Shown one piece after another: positions 8,899-17,849 of a stretch of 64,000 bases of DNA. The notes under the pieces were generated by a model, which was not told where the DNA came from, did no database searches, and was given only the letters and a program-made list of their open reading frames with translations. The DNA is from Nitrospira japonica (lineage in GTDB: Bacteria; Nitrospirota; Thermodesulfovibrionia; UBA6902). Made by a program: the position numbers and the translations under genes. How positions within the stretch are numbered: position 1 is the first letter of the stretch; each line of letters starts with the position of its first letter. The stretch covers positions 198,273 to 262,272 of the forward strand of contig DYJL01000001.1 of the NCBI GenBank assembly GCA_020723105.1, given 5' to 3'.

Positions 8899-10995
8899 AT
8901 GAAAAAGAAACAATACATCAGGCTGACTGGATTTGAGAACTTGTATGTGATCCCTTACGTTCGAGGCCGGCTGGTGTTTGCGGAGCTTGTGGCCCGTGCG
9001 ATAGAGGAGGATGGGTTTGAGCAGGTTATAGTTGACCTTCCATTTTTTCTGAATAAAGGAGGTGTATGGGAAGAGGCGGTGAAACAGTTTCCTCATGTAA
9101 GTTCACTATATTTCAGAATAGAAGACGGCCGCTTTGCAGCGATCCTCTTTACCCCATCTGATGCAGTATCCACTGCGCTCTCGTCTATTCAGATCCTCAG
9201 GGAATGGGGAAACAGCATTGACCTTCAGTGTATCGATGATTCACGGGTAATTCATTATCCCAAAGGGAGCCTGGCCTTTCCGGACGTCAATGTGGGCGAT
9301 GACTACTCTGTATTTATCCAGGGACTGGCTGAATATTTTAACTGCCTCTACGATCAGCTCGATGGTGAATGGAAAGAGGTCAGCAAAGATCAGAGGTTCT
9401 TCAATGAGTACCGGGCAGGTCTTATCAGCGACCGGCTCAGGGGTTATCTGAGGGGCGGGAAGAAGACTCTCTTTGTGTGTGAATACAGGCTGTGGTGGCT
9501 TGCAAGTAAGATGTTTATCAATGAGCGTCCTGTTCCGGAGCACTATTTTTCTCATCCCTGGAAAGACGTCAAGGCAGTCCTTGTGGTTGATTCCCCTCTC
9601 AAATTATGGGTGAAGGGGGCCCTTGATGATTACCCTGCTGTGGTTTATGAATTTTATAATAATTTAAGAAAGGGAATCACCGCGTCGTTTGATAAACTTG
9701 CAGCCGCAGAGACTATTCTCAACCGATCATTCCATCATGACCGTGATCACAATGTCGATGGAGCTTCTTTGCGCAGGGTCATCATTTTTTACCAATATCT
9801 CAGGAACAGGCTGCTCAGTGAATGCCGCCTGACGCCTCTGGTGCTCCGGCACCTCTACGATGCGGCATATTCCTGTCTTGGGAAAAAAATGGCAAACAGT
9901 ATCACAAAGAATCTGCTTTTCTATCCGCAGGGTAAACATAACAGGAAGAAAAACCTGAGCATCAGGGAGGACAGCAGTATAGAGAACGATCATCCGGATG
10001 ACATCAGGAAGCTTTCAAAAGGGTTGTCCTCTATGAGTGGTGAAAATAAATTGCCTATGGATACATTGTATGACGGATACCGTAAACCGGTAGAAGAACT
10101 GCAGATCATTAGCAGGCTTTACCCAAGGCTGGAGAGCAATATTTTAACATCTGAGGGGGAATGGATAGGTATAACCTGGTCGATCAAGGCGGATTATTAT
10201 CAATACGAGCTTGCCGCTATTAAACTGAGAAATGTGCTGGCAGGAAGAGATCAGCGGCGCAGGATAATAAAAAGCAGTGGTTCAATACGAAATGGCATCC
10301 ACTGGAAAGCTACTATAAACGCCCGCGCATTGAAAGAAGACACTTTGTATGTTAAGCACAAATACCGGCAGAAGAGACAGAAAAGAAATAAGCTTGACGA
10401 ATTTACTCCGGTCACCTTTATTTTTACCGACGATTTCAGGGTACACTGGTACAGGGAAATATACTCATCCAACAGATCGCGGAGATACCTCGACCTGAAC
10501 CCGTATACGTCCTTGCCGAATGGCTATCCACCTCCTGATCTGGTCATTAATGCTCTATACAGTCTTTATGATATGAAAGAACTGAGCGGGGGACATATTG
10601 TTAAACGGGCAGTCTCTTCCATTACACTCCTGTATAACAAGAGGGTTGTCGATGATGCCCGATATGATGCTATCAGCAGCAGGCGTGACCGGTTCCCTGT
10701 TCGCTGCGGTGCCATCACGGACACTGAACTCATATCCTTTTCCATACCTGAAAAGGGCATCGCCTGGGCAGTCAAATACGCAGAACATACAGTGGTAGTC
10801 GCAGCAAAACCCGGATGGAAACCGTCGCAAAGCCTTGCCGAATTCAGCAGGCAAAGAAATATCGAGATCGCCCACGTGCCCCTGTCGGTATTTCAGAAAG
10901 AATTTATAGGCCGACTGAAGACCATGTACTTCACCTCAACAGCAATAAAGAGACGGCCTGACAGGGATGAGATTGTGGGGAGGTTTATTGAGTGA
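8899..10995 (+). CDS. MoxR-associated ~700-aa protein, paralogue 2
   Basis: Same conserved blocks and same length (698 aa) as 6666. Confidence 0.75.
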   Translation: MKKKQYIRLTGFENLYVIPYVRGRLVFAELVARAIEEDGFEQVIVDLPFFLNKGGVWEEAVKQFPHVSSLYFRIEDGRFAAILFTPSDAVSTALSSIQILREWGNSIDLQCIDDSRVIHYPKGSLAFPDVNVGDDYSVFIQGLAEYFNCLYDQLDGEWKEVSKDQRFFNEYRAGLISDRLRGYLRGGKKTLFVCEYRLWWLASKMFINERPVPEHYFSHPWKDVKAVLVVDSPLKLWVKGALDDYPAVVYEFYNNLRKGITASFDKLAAAETILNRSFHHDRDHNVDGASLRRVIIFYQYLRNRLLSECRLTPLVLRHLYDAAYSCLGKKMANSITKNLLFYPQGKHNRKKNLSIREDSSIENDHPDDIRKLSKGLSSMSGENKLPMDTLYDGYRKPVEELQIISRLYPRLESNILTSEGEWIGITWSIKADYYQYELAAIKLRNVLAGRDQRRRIIKSSGSIRNGIHWKATINARALKEDTLYVKHKYRQKRQKRNKLDEFTPVTFIFTDDFRVHWYREIYSSNRSRRYLDLNPYTSLPNGYPPPDLVINALYSLYDMKELSGGHIVKRAVSSITLLYNKRVVDDARYDAISSRRDRFPVRCGAITDTELISFSIPEKGIAWAVKYAEHTVVVAAKPGWKPSQSLAEFSRQRNIEIAHVPLSVFQKEFIGRLKTMYFTSTAIKRRPDRDEIVGRFIE

Positions 10996-11216
10996 GGGTT
11001 GTGGTAAGGAGAAAACATTTTATCAAATTTGTTTTGATCATTATCGCTATTATTTTATTTAACATACTCCTTTGCTATGTGACGAGATTGCCGCGCTCCA
11101 AAAATTATATACCTCCGCACAGAATGTTCAGGTTTAGTCCTATTTGTGAACAGAAGGATGCAGAGTCAAGGAAAACATTGGAAGAAGCAACCGGGGATTT
11201 AAAATCGGGAAAATAG
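10992..11216 (+). CDS. Small single-pass membrane protein coupled to paralogue 2
   Basis: GTGA start/stop overlap; GGGAGG RBS inside the upstream gene; basic N-terminus then a hydrophobic helix. Confidence 0.55.
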   Translation: MRVVVRRKHFIKFVLIIIAIILFNILLCYVTRLPRSKNYIPPHRMFRFSPICEQKDAESRKTLEEATGDLKSGK

Positions 11217-11346
11217 GAAATAGGGATGGAAGACCAGGAAACACCAGACAGGAAACATAATGATGAAGAAGGGTAACCCCAAAGTGTTATGAGCAGCAGA
11301 TATTTGTACTATTACTTTCATCGATATTGCATTGTAAATGTAAAGA

Positions 11347-13839
11347 GTGAAATCAGACATGTCATTTGATCTTTACTATAAAAAGAATACAAAAGAGCTT
11401 ATAGTTCTTTACAAAGATACGGAAAGGGATGTGGTTTGCTTTATCTCTATTGAAAGGCATCCAACAGCAAAACAGAGGATCGTTGGGGTTGATGACTGGA
11501 AGCAGGTCCTGCCGGAGTTCAGGCCATTCAGCTTTAATAGGGCTTATTCCTGTTTCAGAGATCGAACAATATCTGACAGTTCTGATGAATATGAATACAC
11601 ATATCATAAGAGCGTACTTGACCGCTTTTTTCACGATTCATTAGATCAGACAGAGGTATCACTTCTTGACCGGTACAACATCAACCTGTTTCTAATCCTT
11701 CTCTATATCAGGAAAGCGACGATCAATACTTTGATAGAGAACAATCCTGCGTTAGCGCTTATGCTGATCCATGATTCATGCAATTCATCCCTGCCGTTCG
11801 AATCAGATGAGCTGTGGGCGAACATCAGGGAGACGGCTCAATTAATGCCATCGCAGATCGTAAAGAATCTCTATAACATTAAGACAAGCAGAAAGGCTTC
11901 AGAGATTTTTCAGAAGGTCGATACAAAAGAACTGCCATGTATTGAGCCTCTCCTGCAGCTGATAGAAAGTCTAAGGGATTGCTGGGTCATGGGGATACTT
12001 GAGAATCTCAACAGGATATCTTATGAGGTATTGCTCATAATCATTGAGCGAAAGAACAGGTCTGTGATAAGCGCGGGATTCCTGACCTCTGTGAATGCGT
12101 CATCGGGAAGTCCTGTTTCAGCATCTCATATGCTTCAGTGGCTGCATGAGAACCATGTCACGATCCATTTCCCACTAACAAATATGCGCCACCTGCGCAC
12201 TATATACGAGCATATAGTGAAGGAGGAAGACCTCCCTGACGTCGTGGATGAATTTAATTCCGGGCCTTTGATCACATGTCAATCAGATCCAGGGCCACAG
12301 AATGATAGTGTCAAAGAACGAGATCCCATTCTAGAAGTTCCCCATAGAATGGAGAAGGCATCAGATATATTGCTCGCAATGCAGCATGATATACTGGGGC
12401 TTGGAAAAAAGACATACCAAAAGCTCCTGGATCTTGAGAAGGATATACCGGTCATTGATAGACCGGCTGCTGTGCTTAAGGCTGTATCCGTCACAAAGGA
12501 ATTCTTTCTTCTTAAGGAAAGAAAGATAACGCACCTGCTCGAAACATATGATCAATCAAAGGCATTCAACAGCATCGGCAATTCCGAACTTATCAATGAA
12601 CAGTTTCCGGAGCTCGAAAGACTGATCGATCCCGAATTTCTTAGTGAGTATGTGGCATCTGCTGACAGTGATAACTATAGCAGGCGGCTGCGTGGACACG
12701 CCAGAGCATTGAACCGCCACAGGCTGCTTCATGAAATTATTATGGATGAGATCAGAGCTGTAATTAAATGCAGCCAGGCCAAATCCATGACGATCAAGGA
12801 ACTGAAGAGGGTGATAGCTGCAACAGCGCTTCATGATTATAGAAATAAAGATGTACTGCAGGCATTGAAACTCGCAATGGAAATGAATAATCCCATTCTC
12901 AGGGGAAACGCCGTTGCGGAGCTTTTGTTTACTCGCATACCAGCATATATAAGATCACATTTTACGGATGATCCGAAGGTCATTGTCTCCCTGAGGCAGC
13001 GCCTGCTTTCAAAAATATCAAAGGTCAAGGGGCCTCCAAATTTAAAAATAGCGCTGTTCCATCTGGCGCCCAGATCAAACACCCGGAAGAAGGATGATTT
13101 CATCGCAATGATGAACCGGCTACTCTCATTCATCGAGAAAACTGAGATCGTTGATGAAGAATCAAAGATCTCGGTCCGGAGTTTTATTCAGAATGTGACA
13201 GGAGAGATCAGACGTCTAGATTCTATTTACAAAAAACTGTTCCTGACTGAAAAGGAACTTCAGGACGTTTATGGACTGTACAGGCCGAACAACAGACTGG
13301 TCACATGCAATATGCAGCATATAGAGAGGATCATATATGAACACTGCGATATACAGAAACTGTATATGTATCCATGCAAGGATTATCTGGATCTCGAAAA
13401 ATACCGCTGGTCTCATGATTGCAGCAAGGACACGTTGGGAGTAAACCAGCTCAGGACCCCTCAGTTCTTTAATGTCAGGTTATTCAAAAATGACAAGGAA
13501 TATTGCGGGAACATATATATGCTCCAGATGGAATGCGATTCGAGGATTTATCTCCTTGTCGATCGTATCCAGACAGCAAGTTTTGACACGAGGTATGTGA
13601 TGTTCTACGACACCCTGAAGGACGCCTTCCAAAAGATGTTCCGCGACCTTTCCTTTAATGAGATATTACTGCCGGACATAAATGTTTCTAACAATGCATC
13701 ACTTAATAAATTGTTCCATGACTCAAAAAAGAAATATATCAAAAAGAAGGTCAGCTTTGATCTGCATGACGATATGAGACGTAATTTTGAGTGCCTTAGA
13801 AGCGATTCGTTTCATGTTTTATACTCAAAAACGAGTTAG
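11347..13839 (+). CDS. Large hypothetical protein (830 aa)
   Basis: Long ORF. The LIENNPALALML segment recalls PcfJ-associated mobile-element proteins; C-terminal DC...PQFFNVRLF...GNIY...LVDRIQ domain not assigned. Confidence 0.7.
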   Translation: MKSDMSFDLYYKKNTKELIVLYKDTERDVVCFISIERHPTAKQRIVGVDDWKQVLPEFRPFSFNRAYSCFRDRTISDSSDEYEYTYHKSVLDRFFHDSLDQTEVSLLDRYNINLFLILLYIRKATINTLIENNPALALMLIHDSCNSSLPFESDELWANIRETAQLMPSQIVKNLYNIKTSRKASEIFQKVDTKELPCIEPLLQLIESLRDCWVMGILENLNRISYEVLLIIIERKNRSVISAGFLTSVNASSGSPVSASHMLQWLHENHVTIHFPLTNMRHLRTIYEHIVKEEDLPDVVDEFNSGPLITCQSDPGPQNDSVKERDPILEVPHRMEKASDILLAMQHDILGLGKKTYQKLLDLEKDIPVIDRPAAVLKAVSVTKEFFLLKERKITHLLETYDQSKAFNSIGNSELINEQFPELERLIDPEFLSEYVASADSDNYSRRLRGHARALNRHRLLHEIIMDEIRAVIKCSQAKSMTIKELKRVIAATALHDYRNKDVLQALKLAMEMNNPILRGNAVAELLFTRIPAYIRSHFTDDPKVIVSLRQRLLSKISKVKGPPNLKIALFHLAPRSNTRKKDDFIAMMNRLLSFIEKTEIVDEESKISVRSFIQNVTGEIRRLDSIYKKLFLTEKELQDVYGLYRPNNRLVTCNMQHIERIIYEHCDIQKLYMYPCKDYLDLEKYRWSHDCSKDTLGVNQLRTPQFFNVRLFKNDKEYCGNIYMLQMECDSRIYLLVDRIQTASFDTRYVMFYDTLKDAFQKMFRDLSFNEILLPDINVSNNASLNKLFHDSKKKYIKKKVSFDLHDDMRRNFECLRSDSFHVLYSKTS

Positions 13840-14010
13840 AAAGAAAGAATAAAAACAGAATACAGTAGTCAGAATAAATACAGTTCGTAAGGCTGGCAAG
13901 TTAAAAGCTATTAAAATAGAGGCGTTAGAGCGCATTGCTTTATTCTTAACTTTAAGAACATTATAAACTTTATAAACCTTGTAAATTATATTTTTTCCAA
14001 GTGATGGCAA

Positions 14011-14340
14011 ATGAATAAAAGGAAAGTGCTTTTTGTGTGTACACAGAATTTGATGCGAAGTCCGACTGCGGAGGAAGTATTCAGGGATTATCCGGAGATT
14101 GAAACGAGGTCTGCGGGCATTGGATTTACTTCAGAAACATATTTGGAAGAGTACCTGCTGAAGTGGGCTGACATTGTTTTTGTCATGGAAAAGAAGCATA
14201 AGGATCTAATCGTAAAGAAATTCGGGCAAACAGCACGTTATACACGGATCATATGTCTTGGGATCCCTGATGTATACAATTATATGGATGATGACTTGAT
14301 AGAAGTTCTAAAGATCAGGGTGACGCCATTTTTAAAATGA
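14011..14340 (+). CDS. Low-molecular-weight phosphotyrosine phosphatase-like protein
   Basis: CX5R P-loop LFVCTQNLMRSPTAE, SAG, WADIVFVME, LGIPD.Y.YMD. Confidence 0.88.
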   Translation: MNKRKVLFVCTQNLMRSPTAEEVFRDYPEIETRSAGIGFTSETYLEEYLLKWADIVFVMEKKHKDLIVKKFGQTARYTRIICLGIPDVYNYMDDDLIEVLKIRVTPFLK

Positions 14341-14486
14341 TATCCATCAAGGTTGAAGGTTGGAAAGATAAGTAGACAGTATGCAGTGGACAGAAGGCAG
14401 AAAAAAGAAGAAAGCCCTCGATTCTGTATTATTTCTGTTCAGCTTTCAAGCTTTTCAGCTTTCTATCTGGCCAGCTTCTTACTATT
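14341..14486 (+). repeat. 7/8-mer repeat hairpin spacer preceding paralogue 3
   Basis: aaggttgaaggttggaaag...agtagacagtatgcagtggacagaaggcag...agctttcaagcttttcagctttctatctggccagctt; shares ctggccagctt with 8763-8898. Confidence 0.7.
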
Positions 14487-16586
14487 ATGAATAATAAACA
14501 ATACATCAAACTGACAGGATTCGACAATTTGTACGTGATCCCCTACATACGTGGCAGGCTGGTGTTTGCGGAGCTGGCGGCGAGGGCGCTTGAAGAGGAT
14601 CAGTTTGAACGTGTGGTGGTGGATTTCCCGTTCTTTATGAACAATGACAACCTTCTTGAAAAAGCCTCACAAATGCTGCCTTATGCAAGCTCACTGCTAC
14701 TGAAGAAAAAAGATGGCACTTTTGTTTCCATCCCGTTTGTGCCGAATGACGCGGCCTGCATCACTGTAGCAGCTGTGCAGTCGTTAAAGAAAGACGGGAT
14801 ATCCATTGAGCTTAAATGCATTGATGACTCTCAGGTCTTCAATTATCCGCAGGAGAGTTTAATGCAGTCCGAAATAAATTTCACTGATGACTATTTCGTG
14901 TTTACAGATGGCCTGGAGAATTTCTTTGGGCCTCTGTACATGCAGCTTGATCAGTCCTTGAGAGAGTGCTCCAGGGACCAGCGTTTCTTTAGTGAATACA
15001 GGGCCGGTATTATCGCCGAACGTCTGGCAGGGCTCCTCCGACAGGGGAGTAAGACGCTTTTCGTGTGCGAGTACCGGCTCTGGTCTTTAGTCTCAAGCAT
15101 GCTTGAGGTGGGATCAGTTAGAAGAGGGAACGGTTTTCATCTTTTATGGAAGGACCTCAAGGGCGCGATGGTCTATGAAGATCCCTATTATTTCTGGGCG
15201 CATGGTCTGCTGGATGATTATCCGTTCGCGGTGGAACAGTTCTATAACAAGTTCAGGCTCGGCAGTGTCCGCATGTTCGACAAACTCAAATGCATTGAGG
15301 AGCTTGTTAAGAATTCAATCCACAGGTGCGCTGGAAAGGAGAAGGACAGTTTATCGATACGCAGGCTTATTTCTTTTTATGGGTATCTTGGCACGATGGT
15401 CACAGGTGCCCGTCGCTTTACGCCCCAGCCGCTTATACACCTTTATGACTCGGCGAATTCATGTCTCGGAAAGAGATTTGCGAAGTATATTGCAAAACAG
15501 TTCATGAAATACCCTATCCCTGACAGACAAAGGATCCAGGGCTTTTTAAATATTAAAGAAGGACAGATCGTTACATTACATAAGAAGTTCAATATCCCTG
15601 ACCTGTCGGAGTACCGTTATTTCAATACCGGGGGTACAGAATATTCATTCGACACACTGCAGGATGGCGATCACTCACCTGAAGATCTGAAGAATTTTAT
15701 CTTTAAGCTCGATCCATCGTTAGACAATAAGACCATCAAATCACTTGGTAATAACTCTTTTATGAACTGGGCTGTTCAGTCGGACTATTATATGCATGAG
15801 ACAGCGTGTGGAAAGTTGCGTGACATAATAAACAGAGAGCGCCTTCACGAAACTGCTAAAAAGAGTATGGGCCCGATGGGAAAGGGGATCCACTGGAAAA
15901 GGACGATCAGTTCAAAAGCGCTGGGCGAGGACAACATCTATATCAGATTGAAAAGCAACGTAAAAAAAGCCCTGAAGAACAGGATAGATGAATATACCCC
16001 GATAACATTTATTTTTACAGATGATTTTTGTAATCATGGAAGCAGTACAATCCATGATTCCAATATTACCAACAGGAACATTGAACTTGGTAATTCTGCG
16101 TTCTCAGATAAAAGTGATCCACCCCCGGATCATGTTTACTCAGTTTTCCATACGTTCAGTGGTGGAACTATATATTATGACGGGCACGTGGAAAGAAGAC
16201 AGATTTCCTCAATAACATTTTTATATACCCGTCATACCATGGGTTTACAGAGATATGCCGCTATCATGAAGAGGCCTGAAAGATTTCAGTGCCGGATCTC
16301 TCCCGGGTCTGATCAAGAGGTCCGTAATTTCCCCCTGCCGGAAACCGGTATCGCATGGGCTGTTAAATATGCTGAACATACAGTTATTATCGCAGCTGTC
16401 AACAGCTGGAAGCCGTCAGATACGCTGAGAGAATTTGCGAGGTCAAAAGGGGTAAAGATCCATACGATTCCTCTTTCGAGCTTTCAGCAGGATTTTATAG
16501 AACGTCTGAGAAGCCTTTATTTCACATCGACGCAGGTGAAGACGCATCCTGACGTGGACAGAATAGTGGAGAGGTGTATTGAATAA
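14487..16586 (+). CDS. MoxR-associated ~700-aa protein, paralogue 3
   Basis: Same conserved blocks; 699 aa. Confidence 0.75.
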   Translation: MNNKQYIKLTGFDNLYVIPYIRGRLVFAELAARALEEDQFERVVVDFPFFMNNDNLLEKASQMLPYASSLLLKKKDGTFVSIPFVPNDAACITVAAVQSLKKDGISIELKCIDDSQVFNYPQESLMQSEINFTDDYFVFTDGLENFFGPLYMQLDQSLRECSRDQRFFSEYRAGIIAERLAGLLRQGSKTLFVCEYRLWSLVSSMLEVGSVRRGNGFHLLWKDLKGAMVYEDPYYFWAHGLLDDYPFAVEQFYNKFRLGSVRMFDKLKCIEELVKNSIHRCAGKEKDSLSIRRLISFYGYLGTMVTGARRFTPQPLIHLYDSANSCLGKRFAKYIAKQFMKYPIPDRQRIQGFLNIKEGQIVTLHKKFNIPDLSEYRYFNTGGTEYSFDTLQDGDHSPEDLKNFIFKLDPSLDNKTIKSLGNNSFMNWAVQSDYYMHETACGKLRDIINRERLHETAKKSMGPMGKGIHWKRTISSKALGEDNIYIRLKSNVKKALKNRIDEYTPITFIFTDDFCNHGSSTIHDSNITNRNIELGNSAFSDKSDPPPDHVYSVFHTFSGGTIYYDGHVERRQISSITFLYTRHTMGLQRYAAIMKRPERFQCRISPGSDQEVRNFPLPETGIAWAVKYAEHTVIIAAVNSWKPSDTLREFARSKGVKIHTIPLSSFQQDFIERLRSLYFTSTQVKTHPDVDRIVERCIE

Positions 16587-17167
16587 TGATCATTCAACTT
16601 AAAGAATATAAAACATTTTTGATAACTGCTGCAATTGCTATAATCTTTACGTTCGCTCTGATATATTTTGTTTTACTGCCCGAGCTTTCTCATAAGCCAC
16701 AGACGATTATCAAATATAAAATTATTCAAACAAATGAAGATGAGTGCATTTCAACACCATGCGGTAAAAGCGTTAATAGTCCGGGCATGATAATTTTGGG
16801 GGTCTCAAATGATAAGACCTATGGGTATACACAGGAGAATCCAATTAAGGTAGGAGGATATTCAGAAAAAGACGGCCCTGATAATGAGAGACGATACCTT
16901 AATTCCATCTATGGACCAAATGGAGAAATTATCGGATATACGAGGGAAGGCAGCTGCTGTTCTTTCAGAACATTGAACGGTATGGAAGGATTCGGTCTCC
17001 TTGATAGATTCAAAATCTCTTATGAAGGACTGAAAGAGCCGGTCATCCTTTATCTGAACATGTATGACCATGAGCTCCCCAAAGTGCCGTTCGGGTTTAC
17101 TGTAAAAACTGAGATCAAAGTTATTCAGAAAAACCTTATCTTTAATTTTGTGGATAGGGGAAAATGA
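16586..17167 (+). CDS. Membrane-anchored exported protein coupled to paralogue 3
   Basis: TAATG overlap; N-terminal TM helix; conserved-looking YGY..ENPIKVGG...RYLN...GPNGE...GSCC...GLLD...LYLNMYD domain of unknown function. Confidence 0.7.
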   Translation: MIIQLKEYKTFLITAAIAIIFTFALIYFVLLPELSHKPQTIIKYKIIQTNEDECISTPCGKSVNSPGMIILGVSNDKTYGYTQENPIKVGGYSEKDGPDNERRYLNSIYGPNGEIIGYTREGSCCSFRTLNGMEGFGLLDRFKISYEGLKEPVILYLNMYDHELPKVPFGFTVKTEIKVIQKNLIFNFVDRGK

Positions 17168-17567
17168 GAGACTGATAAGATTAGAAGGTCCATAAAGTTA
17201 GAAAGTTGGAATATTATTACAATTTAGTTGATTGAAAAACCTAATGAACTGTTTAACTTTATAAACATGTCCACCCAAGATATTGTATAGAATACTCCAA
17301 TCTTCATCTAATTCTAGTGACATGTGGTAATTTGTGGACTTTAGTGGACATAGTGTTTGCAGAAGCGATTCCGTCAAAACAATGGCACGAAGATCTTTGT
17401 AAGATTTATAAAAATAAAAAATATGGAGTCAGTAGTAAGGAGTCAGGATGAAAGAATAAAGGAAACTATTCTGAATTCTGACTCCTTAATTCACTTTTTC
17501 TTAATGTCTTCTTTTGAAGGCCTTCTGGAGTCTGTTTACCCGGATTAGCATAAGGGCATAGAATATT

Positions 17568-17816
17568 ATGAAAGATTTAAATATGAGGAAGGACTTTAGC
17601 AGATTTGTGGGATCGCGGATAAGGTCCTTCAGGGAACAGGCGGGTTTGACCCAGATGCAGCTTGCGTTCATGTCGGACCTGGACCGGTCTTTCATACAGA
17701 AGGTTGAGCACGGCAGGCAGTCGATATCATTTGAGAATATGTGTGAGATAGCGAAATGTTTGAAGCGTCCGTTGTCTGATTTTGTACCATTAGTAAAAGA
17801 GGAAGCCGAAGGATGA
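17568..17816 (+). CDS. XRE-family helix-turn-helix regulator
   Basis: IRSFREQAGLTQMQLA...LDRSFIQKVEHG. Confidence 0.88.
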   Translation: MKDLNMRKDFSRFVGSRIRSFREQAGLTQMQLAFMSDLDRSFIQKVEHGRQSISFENMCEIAKCLKRPLSDFVPLVKEEAEG

Positions 17817-17849
17817 CAAAGTAGTCAGGACGATTGGAAAAGAACGATA

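Noticed and set aside
6499-14486. Intergenic repeats as a CRISPR array or integron attC sites
   Set aside because: No constant repeat-spacer period, no cas or intI gene, and no consistent RYYYAAC...GTTRRRY ends.
6666-16586. Diversity-generating retroelement acting on the paralogues
   Set aside because: No reverse transcriptase in the window; divergence is spread over all bases, with no near-identical TR/VR pair.
17383-17400. TGGCACG as a sigma54 promoter
   Set aside because: No GC at the -12 position; the similar site at 4211 has 13-bp spacing.
17357-17548. 63-aa ORF
   Set aside because: It is a translation of a heptamer hairpin (ggagtcag...ctgactcc) with no RBS.
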